Shown here: positions 37,268 through 46,018 of the stretch, one piece after another
Layout: the number at the start of each line of letters is the position of its first letter
Numbering within the stretch: the first letter of the stretch is position 1
NCBI GenBank assembly: GCA_963676835.2
Contig: CAXXFF010000001.1
Coordinates: 704,001 to 768,000 of the forward strand
Direction of reading: 5' to 3'
Length of the DNA: 64,000 nucleotides
Source: Marispirochaeta sp.
GTDB lineage: Bacteria; Spirochaetota; Spirochaetia; JC444; Marispirochaetaceae
Notes under the pieces: model-generated
Told to the model about the DNA's origin: nothing
Seen by the model: the letters and a program-made list of their open reading frames with translations, nothing else
The model's database searches: none
Translations under genes and position numbers: made by a program

Positions 37268-38292
37268 CTGTTTCCTCTGGGTGTAAATACTTGTTCTGCT
37301 TCTTTACGTGCTGCTCCCGGCCCCTGTCCGCTGCCCGGGTCCAGAAGAGAAAGAAGCACAGAAAGCTCTGTTCCGAATTTATCATCCTCAACCCGCTGGT
37401 ACATAAAGGCACGGGTATATCCTCGAATCCATTGCCCGCGGCGGCTCTTAAACCAGTCCCGGGAAAAAAGCGGCGCAGCAGCGGAATCAAGCTGTCCAAG
37501 CAGTTCGGACAGCCTGGAGATAAGCTTAAGCTGCTCATCAGTGCGGTTTTCCCGGCCTTCCCAGGCGGCCCGCAGTCCTGCCCAGAGGGAACTGAGTATG
37601 TTATCCATCTTTCTGTACACTTCGAGAAAGGAAGCAACCTGGAAATTAAAGCTTTCATCCAGCAGACTCAGCCATCCCGGAGGAGAAGGAAGGGAAAATC
37701 CCGCGGTATCGGAAAAAACAGGAATTACCACGCCGTCATTTGCTGCCTCTCCGGGAACAAACTGCTGCATATCCTTGCGTTCTATCAGCTGGATCTGTGT
37801 ATCTGTACTGATTCCCGCCTCCCGAAGAACCTCGGGATGGTCAAGAATGAGCTTTCCGGTGGAACTTCCGCCGGCATCGGAGAGAAAGAGTGCCGAACGG
37901 GCATCCCGGAATACGGATAAAAGATCCTCCACCAGCCCTTCGATAATACGCTGAAGAATTTTCAATAAAGCCGATGTGTCTCCCCTGGAAAAAGCAGCGG
38001 CAGTACTGGAATGGGCGGAAATAAAGGTATCTATATCTGAAGGGGTTATAACAGGAAGAAAACTGTATCCCCGCTTCTCCCCCAGAGCCATAATGCCCAG
38101 AAACACCTCTTCCGGATAGGCATTGCAATCCCGTAAAGCATCATCAAAGCCCCAGCAGAACTGCCGGCCCGCATGAATGAGAACCTTCCCGTTTGAGACT
38201 TCACCTGCCCTCTTAATCAGTAAGGCGAGAACTTCCGGGGAGGGAGGAAAATCATCAAACTCAAGAAGGATTCCTCCGGGAGTACTTTTCAT
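37264..38292 (-). CDS. hypothetical protein; N-terminus resembles a degenerate GH20-type TIM barrel
   Basis: GILLEFDDFPPSPEVL...VLIH....F.W......AYPEE...FLPVI resembles the start of HexD-like GH20 enzymes; no catalytic DE motif is visible. ATGA overlap with the next gene. Confidence 0.5.
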   Translation of the reverse strand: MKSTPGGILLEFDDFPPSPEVLALLIKRAGEVSNGKVLIHAGRQFCWGFDDALRDCNAYPEEVFLGIMALGEKRGYSFLPVITPSDIDTFISAHSSTAAAFSRGDTSALLKILQRIIEGLVEDLLSVFRDARSALFLSDAGGSSTGKLILDHPEVLREAGISTDTQIQLIERKDMQQFVPGEAANDGVVIPVFSDTAGFSLPSPPGWLSLLDESFNFQVASFLEVYRKMDNILSSLWAGLRAAWEGRENRTDEQLKLISRLSELLGQLDSAAAPLFSRDWFKSRRGQWIRGYTRAFMYQRVEDDKFGTELSVLLSLLDPGSGQGPGAARKEAEQVFTPRGNR

Positions 38293-38342
38293 TGGTACAG
38301 AATAGACGAAAGAGCAGAGAGGATGCAAGAAAAATAATTATT

Positions 38343-38491
38343 AGGCACTTCTAAAAACGTAGTATTTTTGCCATAGCCTAGGAGGATAGATTTTGTAGCG
38401 CCCGCAAACTCTTGTGGTAACAAGAGTTGAGGACCGCGGGAAATCTTGACGACGTAGGATATGGAGAAAAGAGTAGTTTTTAGAGGTGGCC
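38343..38491. mobile_element. MITE-like non-autonomous element, 149 bp
   Basis: Terminal inverted repeats AGGCACTTCTAAAAAC / GTTTTTAGAGGTGGCC (13/16 match). TATT flanks both sides (38339-42, 38492-95). Internal hairpin AACTCTTGT-ggta-ACAAGAGTT. No ORF. Confidence 0.78.
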
Positions 38492-38955
38492 TATTGAACC
38501 ACTTTCAGCCCGAAGCGTTTTCTACCTGCTCCGGTCAAATCAAAGCTTCCGCTAAGAAGAAAAACAATGGTCATGGTAATTATCCCGGCGATGAGCCCAA
38601 GCTGACTGCGCCCGGCGGTTGAACCATCTGCTCCAACCATGCGCCCCACAGCATAGTAACTGCGGGCAGGATGCCAGATATGCGGGATCTCTATTACCCC
38701 TTCACCATCCGACAGATATCCCAGATCCCGTGCTTTAAGGGCGACTTGCTCTCCGGAGCGGCGTAAAGACTCAAATTCCACAGACAGCGATGTATGGATT
38801 TCCTTCAATTCATCCAGATTCTTCTCAAGCTGAATAGCATCGCTCTCTATGGTACTGTAGGCGAGCATCCCGGCAGGTCCGTATATGATATGCACGAGTG
38901 TTGCGACGACAAACCCCGCATAAAGGCTGAAAAGAAGCCTTGATACAATCTTCAT
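38491..38955 (-). CDS. septum formation initiator family protein (FtsB/DivIC-like)
   Basis: TM helix + YGPAG + coiled coil + ARDLGYL..GE. Confidence 0.75.
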   Translation of the reverse strand: MKIVSRLLFSLYAGFVVATLVHIIYGPAGMLAYSTIESDAIQLEKNLDELKEIHTSLSVEFESLRRSGEQVALKARDLGYLSDGEGVIEIPHIWHPARSYYAVGRMVGADGSTAGRSQLGLIAGIITMTIVFLLSGSFDLTGAGRKRFGLKVVQ

Positions 38956-39060
38956 ACCTTTAATAACGGTAATCTGAACCTAAACTTTATATAAGCACAT
39001 GCCTGGAATGGATATTTATCGGGGGATACTATAGGCTTATAGGGAATGGTAACTTTCCAT

Positions 39061-39088
39061 TCAATGGATTATTGATTCTTGCCGATAT
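39061..39088 (+). promoter_or_regulatory. sigma28 (FliA)-like promoter candidate
   Basis: TCAA-N16-GCCGATAT, 35 nt upstream of ATG 39124. The downstream operon contains maf genes. Confidence 0.5.
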
Positions 39089-39123
39089 ATTGAGTACTGT
39101 GAAGTATAATCCGGGAGACAGCC

Positions 39124-41832
39124 ATGAGTGTAGAGAAGGACAATTCTATAAATCAGGAAGATAATACACTGGATAATGACGATATTCTCAAAGCTGAAGA
39201 CGGTTCTCTTGAAGAATACGGAGTCTGGGTAAAGTCCGGACCTGAAGATATCGAAGACGCCAGCGATGATGAATCATTTTCCCTTGAGAATCTACCCGAA
39301 TCCGGTGAGGTTTCCTCTTTCCTTACCGACGAAGAAGAGGAACTCCTGGGCGATCTCGAATCGGATATTCCGGAAGAAGAGAATATTTTCGACGAAGATG
39401 CGAACCTGGCTGAAGCGGATCTATCCTTCACAGAAGAAGACGACCTGAATGAGACCACCCCGGATGATTCACCCGGTGAAGCTGATGATTCAATCGAAGA
39501 AGATTTCAGCATAGAAGATCTGGATGATCTCAGCGATCTTGATGCAGCTCTGGATAGTGATGAATCGGAAAATGACGATGACATCCTCGATGCGGCAAGC
39601 CTTGATACAGATACCGTTTTCAGGGAGATCCCTTCTCTGGATGAAGAAGACCTTTCCATAGAAGATTTTTCCGGCGATGCAGAAGAGACAGAAGCAGGCA
39701 GCGACGATGATTTTGACCTGCCTGAAATGGATGATCTCAGCGAAGACTTGTCCGACCTGAGTGAAGATGAAGATACAGAAATTGAAGATCTTACAGATGT
39801 CTCCCTCGATGATTTTCTTGAAGAAACTCCCGAAGAAACAGCAGATATCCAGGATGAAACCCCGGCAGATGACGTAATGCAGCTTGAAAACCCTGTTTTC
39901 AATGATGAAATAGAGGAAGACGACGATGACTTCTTCGACATCGATCTTGATATAGAAGAAGAACCACTTGAAAGTTCTCCGGAAACGGATGACTCCACAG
40001 AAGAACTTGAAACTCTTTCAGCAGACCTTGAAGATGAGCTTGAAGAGATCTCCCTGGATGAATTTGATACAGATGATGATTTGACCGGGAGCCTGGAAGA
40101 AACTCTGGAAGATATTGAAGTTTCAATCTCGGATGAAGAGCCGGAAGAGATAGAGCTCAGTGAGCTTTCCAGTGAAGAGGACGAACTTCCGGAACTCTCC
40201 GTTGAAGAACTGGTGGAAGAAAACATAGTATCTCCCGGAACATCTGCCGCGGCTGAAATTGATACGGAAATTGAAGAAAAATCTTCGATTCTGCGCAAAA
40301 TAGAAGAAGAACTCCACTCTATACGGGATGAACTTGCATCCCTCAAAAGCGAACTGACCAATCTCAAGCCCTCGTCACCACCAGCGCCAGCTATGGAAGG
40401 TGCAGATGTTGCAGAGGAAGAAGATGTAAATAGCTTCTTTGAGGATGATGAGGATGAAACCATCGCCTTAACCGGTGATGAACTGGATAATATTCTTAAT
40501 ACTGCAGACGTTACCGAAGAAGCAGGAAAAGAGTCAGAAGCTCCGGAAGATATGGTCGATATCAATCTTGATGATCTGTCCCTGGAAGAAGAAACGGAAG
40601 AAGTTGATCTTTCAGATGATCTTGACCTCTCGGACCTTGATGATGAACTTAATCTCGATGATGAGCTCGACATAGAGGAAGAAGAGCTGGATCTTACTCC
40701 CGAGGAATCAGCTGATCTGCCTGATGAACTTGATGAACTTGATGATCTTGATCTTTCTCTGCCGGAAGAAGATACAATTGAAGATTTTTCCATTGAGGAT
40801 GATGAAGAAACAGAGGAAGATATTCTGAGTCTGGATAATCTCAGCGGGGAACTCGATGAGGAAATCCCCGATGAGCTCACAGCAGAAATCGAAGAGTCTG
40901 ATTCTGACCTTCTGCTTTCCGGAGAAGATATTCTCCCCATGGGAGACACCGCAGAGGAAGAAGAAATTCTTTCCCTTGATGAAGAGGACCTTGTAGAAGA
41001 AGAGGATTTCTCCATCGACGAAGAGCTTCCGGAAGAAGATCTTTCACTTGACGAAACAATTCCTGAAGATACTGGGGAAGAGGATCTCACTCTTGATGAG
41101 TCTCTCATGGAAGAAACAGAAGAAGATGAAGATCTCACTCTTGATGAAACACTTCTTGAAGAGACCGTGGAAGAGGATCTCTCCCTTGACGAAGCTCTCC
41201 TGGACGAAACTCTCCCGGAAGAGACTGAAGAAGAAGATCTTTCTCTTGACGAATCTCTCCTTGACGAAACTCTCCTGGATGAGACAGAAGAAGAGGATCT
41301 TTCTCTCGATGAGACTCTCATGGAAGAGACGGAAGATGATGAGCCTGACTTTTCCGATCTTGAGCTTGAAGACTTTGATATCGAAACCGATGAGATAACA
41401 GAAGAGACGGTAACAGAGACGCTTCCAGAAGACGACGATTTTGAGTTTGAAGAAGAAATTGAACTTGATATAAGCCCCGATAATGCCTCCCCCGCCGACA
41501 GCGAGGATATAACTGAAGACATTATTGCAGATGAAGCAGAAACCGGCGAACCGGAATCTGCAGCCATTGAGGCTGAGTTTCCTGATAACGAAATCCTGGA
41601 AAATGATACAAGTACTGCAGCAGCGGCAACTGCCGAAACTGAAGATGCTGCACGTCCGGAAGAATCCTCTCTTGATCTCAATCCGAACCTTCGCAGTGAG
41701 ATCAAGTCAGTACTTTCCTACATGGACCAGCTTCTGAATGACCTGCCCGAAGAGAAGATTGAAGAGTTTAAACACTCTGAACACTTCAAAGTATACAGTA
41801 AGCTCTTTACAGAACTGGGAATATCCGGCTGA
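39124..41832 (+). CDS. very acidic, largely disordered protein with short conserved-looking helical islands
   Basis: 902 aa dominated by D/E/L/S. Islands: LEEYGVWVK, coiled coil SSILRKIEEELHSIRDELASLKSEL, IALTGDELDNILNTAD, C-terminal EIKSVLSYMDQLL...LFTELGI. GGAG RBS. Confidence 0.85.
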   Translation: MSVEKDNSINQEDNTLDNDDILKAEDGSLEEYGVWVKSGPEDIEDASDDESFSLENLPESGEVSSFLTDEEEELLGDLESDIPEEENIFDEDANLAEADLSFTEEDDLNETTPDDSPGEADDSIEEDFSIEDLDDLSDLDAALDSDESENDDDILDAASLDTDTVFREIPSLDEEDLSIEDFSGDAEETEAGSDDDFDLPEMDDLSEDLSDLSEDEDTEIEDLTDVSLDDFLEETPEETADIQDETPADDVMQLENPVFNDEIEEDDDDFFDIDLDIEEEPLESSPETDDSTEELETLSADLEDELEEISLDEFDTDDDLTGSLEETLEDIEVSISDEEPEEIELSELSSEEDELPELSVEELVEENIVSPGTSAAAEIDTEIEEKSSILRKIEEELHSIRDELASLKSELTNLKPSSPPAPAMEGADVAEEEDVNSFFEDDEDETIALTGDELDNILNTADVTEEAGKESEAPEDMVDINLDDLSLEEETEEVDLSDDLDLSDLDDELNLDDELDIEEEELDLTPEESADLPDELDELDDLDLSLPEEDTIEDFSIEDDEETEEDILSLDNLSGELDEEIPDELTAEIEESDSDLLLSGEDILPMGDTAEEEEILSLDEEDLVEEEDFSIDEELPEEDLSLDETIPEDTGEEDLTLDESLMEETEEDEDLTLDETLLEETVEEDLSLDEALLDETLPEETEEEDLSLDESLLDETLLDETEEEDLSLDETLMEETEDDEPDFSDLELEDFDIETDEITEETVTETLPEDDDFEFEEEIELDISPDNASPADSEDITEDIIADEAETGEPESAAIEAEFPDNEILENDTSTAAAATAETEDAARPEESSLDLNPNLRSEIKSVLSYMDQLLNDLPEEKIEEFKHSEHFKVYSKLFTELGISG
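41032..41334 (+). repeat. coding tandem repeat: about 6 imperfect copies of a 15-20-aa unit EEDL(S/T)LDE(T/S)L.EETE
   Basis: Repeated GAAGA(A/G)GATCT(T/C)(T/A)C.CT(T/C)GA(C/T)GA units inside the acidic gene. Confidence 0.8.
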
Positions 41833-42905
41833 TGGGCCTCCTCGACAAGGCATCCAGACAGCAGCCTTCTCCTGCGGGAGGACTGCTGTCAAGGGCACAA
41901 CATTCCGGACCTTCCGCAGGGGTTATTTCTCCTGCGAAATCTGCTGTTCCCTCGGGAACAGTTAAAAAAAAAAGAACTGAAAACCAGAGTGCGCCTTCTG
42001 ATAAGCCTGTTCCCGGCGGAATAATCCGCCTTGCAGCAGGCATCTCTCAGCTGACACCTTCCCTGGAAGGCATGGGAGAACTCTTTGAGCTGCTTAAAAA
42101 AGCATTTTCCATCAAAAAAGGAGCCTTGCTGACACGCTCCACTGCCACAGAGTTCTTTCTTCCCAGGGCACAGACCGGCCTTGATATAACCAGTAGAAAC
42201 CGCCTTCGCTTACCACCTGACCTGATTTCAGAATCAACCGAAAGGGGTTCATGGGTAGTACCCGAAGAACTTACAGATATACAGCCCTATCTCAGTTCAA
42301 GAGAACATGCCCTTATTGAAGGGGCCTTTATTCTTCCCGTGTACTCCGAAAACTTCTGTTCGGGCATGATTATCATACTAACCGATGCCTATGATAACGG
42401 CAAAATGCAGAAACTTACGAGCCTGCCTATCCATCCGGTGCAGGAAGCAATCGGCAGTTACTTCAACAGGATAAAACTGTTCCATCTGACCAAGGCCCCG
42501 GAGACTGCCGGGGGCCCCCTGGAGCTTGAGAAGTTTATCCACAAAATGCGGGAAAACCAGATGGTGTTTACCGCTGTGCAGTTTAACATTGCCCCTCTTC
42601 TAAAGAGGCTTCAGACCGCATCCCACGATGTTGATCTTTTCCGGGCCCGGAAAGACACTCTCAGAATAATTGAAACACTTTTCGAAGGCAGCTCCATTCT
42701 TGTACCTCTTAACGCTGATGCCTACCTTCTTCTGCTCGGGACAAAAAGACAACAGAACCCGGGTCTGCTCCAGCATCAGGTAGCCCTTGCTCTGCAAAAC
42801 TTTTTTTCTGACAGTAAAACGGTCCTTGAGTTTACAACAATCTCCCCTCCTCCTTCTGATAAAACCCCCAAACAGGCGGCTTCCGATCTTATTAATGCAG
42901 GGTAA
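41832..42905 (+). CDS. hypothetical protein, possibly with a GAF-like domain
   Basis: TGATG overlap with the acidic gene. Low-complexity N-terminus, then KKGALL...F.PRAQTGLD...FILPV...GMIII, a GAF-like pattern. Confidence 0.6.
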   Translation: MGLLDKASRQQPSPAGGLLSRAQHSGPSAGVISPAKSAVPSGTVKKKRTENQSAPSDKPVPGGIIRLAAGISQLTPSLEGMGELFELLKKAFSIKKGALLTRSTATEFFLPRAQTGLDITSRNRLRLPPDLISESTERGSWVVPEELTDIQPYLSSREHALIEGAFILPVYSENFCSGMIIILTDAYDNGKMQKLTSLPIHPVQEAIGSYFNRIKLFHLTKAPETAGGPLELEKFIHKMRENQMVFTAVQFNIAPLLKRLQTASHDVDLFRARKDTLRIIETLFEGSSILVPLNADAYLLLLGTKRQQNPGLLQHQVALALQNFFSDSKTVLEFTTISPPPSDKTPKQAASDLINAG

Positions 42906-42911
42906 TACCTG

Positions 42912-44357
42912 ATGATCCGGATCGAAACATCGCGAACCGGGCTGCCCGTGCCCTTGATGAACGAAAAAGCACTCGTCTCCCGATTTGATCCGCAGAAAGA
43001 GGCCTCCCGGTTTATAGAAAATAAAATCGGCTCACCGCCGGGTATACTGCTGATTCTTGGTGATGTCTTCGGCTACCTGAGAGCCGCCGCCGGGAAGCTG
43101 CTGCCCGGCACAGAAGTTTACAGCATAACCGTCAGTGAAGAACTTGCTTCGAACGATACCGACTACGGAGAAGAATGCCTCTTCAACCGGGGAAAGACCC
43201 GTGAGTTTCTGGACAGAGTTCTGCGGGAAGATAACTTCAGCGGGTTAACTGTTCTGGAATGGCAGCCGGTGCTTAAAATGTTTCCTGATTTTTCCGCCGC
43301 TGTTACGCGGCTTATTCAAAGACGCCTGCAGATTCTTAACGGAAACATTACAACAGTCCGGGGTTTTGGAAACCGCTGGCTGAAAAATACAATCCTGAAT
43401 TTCCTGTATATTCCCCGATTTTCGACTCTTGCTTGTGGAAACTCCGGAATAGCACTGATAGCTGCAAGCGGAGCAAGCCTTAAGAATTCCTGTTCACTTC
43501 TATCCGATTCCAGGCTGCCCGTAATAGCCCTCCCCTCAAGTCTCAGGTTTATGAAAAGCATCGGTCGTCTCCCGGTCTTAACCGTACAGACGGATCCCGG
43601 CTATTACGCTGTATACCATCTGCGGGAAGGAACCGGCTGGTTAACCCATATAGCATCACCATTATCTGCATGCCCCTACATTGCCCGGACAAAAGCTTCA
43701 ATCCTGCCCCTGAACCAGGGAGACCCCTTTGAGCAGGAACTGTTCAGGCAACTTGAAATCCCGGCGTACTTCCTGCCGTCCGCCGGTACAGTTGCGGCAA
43801 CGGCGATGTCCGCTGCCATCGCCCTTGGTGCTGACCCGGCAGTCATGGCGGGGCTCGATCTCTGTTATGACGACATCAACACCCATGTAAGTCCTCATAG
43901 CTTCGACGAGGTATTTTCTAATGGTTCCAGCCGGAACAGGCCCCTCTACTCTGTAAAATACCGCTACTCAAGAGATACCCGGAGCAGTGAAGGACAATCC
44001 CGGGCACTGGAAACCTACAGCAAATGGTTCACGGAACTGGACAGAGATTTTTCAGAAAAAGTGAAGCGAATTAAACCTTCCCGGATAAAGCTGCCCATGG
44101 AGGTGGTCACTGCGGATGATGTTTCAGCCTTTTCCGGGAATTCCCTGAATATTAAGTTCGATTCCAATCCGGCGCCGGATTTCAAAGTGAGAAAAAGGAT
44201 TATTCTCAATATACTGGAAGAGACACATGGACATATCAAACAGGGAACAGAATCCTCCATGGCCGAAGAATTTATAGAGAAAACTGGAAATGTTGAAACA
44301 GGGGCTCAATTAATCGGAGAGCTGTTAAACCGGGTAAGAAAAATGGAGCATCAATGA
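42912..44357 (+). CDS. Maf (motility-associated factor) / MptE-like family protein
   Basis: L.SRFDPQKEA.RF, IAASGASL, TDPG, GTVA.TA...A..LG, AGLDL motifs. Confidence 0.8.
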   Translation: MIRIETSRTGLPVPLMNEKALVSRFDPQKEASRFIENKIGSPPGILLILGDVFGYLRAAAGKLLPGTEVYSITVSEELASNDTDYGEECLFNRGKTREFLDRVLREDNFSGLTVLEWQPVLKMFPDFSAAVTRLIQRRLQILNGNITTVRGFGNRWLKNTILNFLYIPRFSTLACGNSGIALIAASGASLKNSCSLLSDSRLPVIALPSSLRFMKSIGRLPVLTVQTDPGYYAVYHLREGTGWLTHIASPLSACPYIARTKASILPLNQGDPFEQELFRQLEIPAYFLPSAGTVAATAMSAAIALGADPAVMAGLDLCYDDINTHVSPHSFDEVFSNGSSRNRPLYSVKYRYSRDTRSSEGQSRALETYSKWFTELDRDFSEKVKRIKPSRIKLPMEVVTADDVSAFSGNSLNIKFDSNPAPDFKVRKRIILNILEETHGHIKQGTESSMAEEFIEKTGNVETGAQLIGELLNRVRKMEHQ

Positions 44358-46018
44358 AGGAGAAGACAATTCTTGCCCAGAACCTTTCGATACTGAAGAA
44401 GCGCGCCCCCCTTGCGGCCCGTGCTATTGAATCCGCAGAACCTTCAGAGAATTTCAGAAAAGAGGAAGCCCGAAACGGCAGTAATATTATCTCTGAATAT
44501 GTAGCCCCACGATGGTTCGCTCTGCATTCGTCAATGAACCCGGAGAGAGAAGCCGGCCGGGCAGCAGAACAGCACACCCGGGAAGGCTATCTGATCTGCT
44601 ACGGACTCGGGGCAGGATATTACCTGAAGGAGGCAGTCAACCTTCTTACCCCGGCAAAAGGCATTATTCTTCTCATCGATGACAATCCCGAAAGGCTTCG
44701 TTTTCTTCTCTCCAACTTTGATTACACCCCTTACTTTGAATATACCGGTTTCAGAATGCTGATATCACCTGACACCAATTCCATAGTACAGGCCCTTACA
44801 GATACCTATCTGCCTGCGCTCTACGGAAACCTCGGTATATTTCCTCTCCAGAGCATTGTTAACCGCAGCAGAGACCGCTTCCGGGAGATTACCGCAGCAG
44901 TTCAAACTGCCATTGCAGGAATAAAAGCTGATTTCTCAGTACAGGCTCATTTCGGAAAAATATGGTTCCATAACATCACCGCCAATCTTCCTGCAACAGC
45001 CGCGTGCAGGTACGGGACAGTCAGCACCCTGCAGCAGAAAATAAAAGGGAAAAAGGTGCTTATAACGGGAGCCGGTCCAGGTTTGTCAGCTTTTCTCGAG
45101 ATCCTGAAAAAAAGGCCGCCCGAATCATTTCTTCTTGCAACCGATACATCTCTTCCGGTACTGCTTGCAAACTCCATTGTCCCGGATGCCGTTATCAATG
45201 TTGACAGCCAGTACTATTCACTTCTTCATGCCATTGAACCTGCAGCCCGGGAAATCCCCTGGATTGTACCCATCTCTGCAGCACCGGCATTGCTGCGCCG
45301 CCTGAAACAACCCCACATTTTTGCCGGCGGACACCCGCTGGAACAATGGCTCTCTTTAAAGCTTGACCTCCCCGGCCTGGAGACCTCCGGCGGCAATGTA
45401 CTCCAGACTGCTGTTTCCCTGGCAAGGCTTTCTGAAGCAGCTGAAATATCTGTATACGGGGCAGATTTCTGCAATCCCCGGGGTATTCCCTATGCCACGG
45501 AGAGCTACGTATACCGCTGGTTCATGGACCGGGCCGATAGGAGTGCACCTCTGCACTCCCGGCTGCTGCGGTTTACCTTTGATTCCCGGGAGACACTCCC
45601 CACAGAAAGTATCGCAGACAAAGGTTATGACCCATTTTATTCCTCACCGAAGCTGTCCCGGTACCGGGAGTTTTTTGAAACGGATCAGGAAAACAGTGCG
45701 GTTAAACTAGGCTGGGCAAGCCCATGGGGAATGAAAGAATTCTGCACTTTAAATAATCAACAGAATTCCGGAACCGGCAGTTCAGCAAAGCTTCAGAACA
45801 GCTCCACTGCAGTGCCAGTTCCGGTTTTACAGATTATTGAGCAGCTTTGTGCGGAAATTGATGAAGCACATCCTTCCTCACCGGCGCTCCTCTACCCTCT
45901 GGCCGCATGGTTCAGAGGTAAAGGAATTATTCCCGATAATGCCGGTGCAGATGAAGCTCTTGCATTTGCCAGGGAGTATGCCCGTCAGAAACTTCGGAAC
46001 CTCAACGATACAGAATAG
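44354..46018 (+). CDS. Maf family flagellin glycosyltransferase-like protein
   Basis: NLSIL, LHSSMNPEREA, YGLGAGYY, GAGPGL, ATDT, VDSQ, GGNV and YGADF motifs. ATGA overlap with the previous gene. Confidence 0.85.
   Translation: MKEKTILAQNLSILKKRAPLAARAIESAEPSENFRKEEARNGSNIISEYVAPRWFALHSSMNPEREAGRAAEQHTREGYLICYGLGAGYYLKEAVNLLTPAKGIILLIDDNPERLRFLLSNFDYTPYFEYTGFRMLISPDTNSIVQALTDTYLPALYGNLGIFPLQSIVNRSRDRFREITAAVQTAIAGIKADFSVQAHFGKIWFHNITANLPATAACRYGTVSTLQQKIKGKKVLITGAGPGLSAFLEILKKRPPESFLLATDTSLPVLLANSIVPDAVINVDSQYYSLLHAIEPAAREIPWIVPISAAPALLRRLKQPHIFAGGHPLEQWLSLKLDLPGLETSGGNVLQTAVSLARLSEAAEISVYGADFCNPRGIPYATESYVYRWFMDRADRSAPLHSRLLRFTFDSRETLPTESIADKGYDPFYSSPKLSRYREFFETDQENSAVKLGWASPWGMKEFCTLNNQQNSGTGSSAKLQNSSTAVPVPVLQIIEQLCAEIDEAHPSSPALLYPLAAWFRGKGIIPDNAGADEALAFAREYARQKLRNLNDTE

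Noticed and set aside
41032..41334. Possible CRISPR array, given the orphan cas2
   Set aside because: The repeats are in-frame, degenerate at third codon positions and lack unique spacers, so they are protein-coding repeats. No array was seen elsewhere.
39153..41705. 850-aa serine-rich ORF on the minus strand
   Set aside because: Shadow of the acidic gene: GAA/GAT codon runs read as Ser-rich, stop-free sequence on the opposite strand. No RBS or domain.
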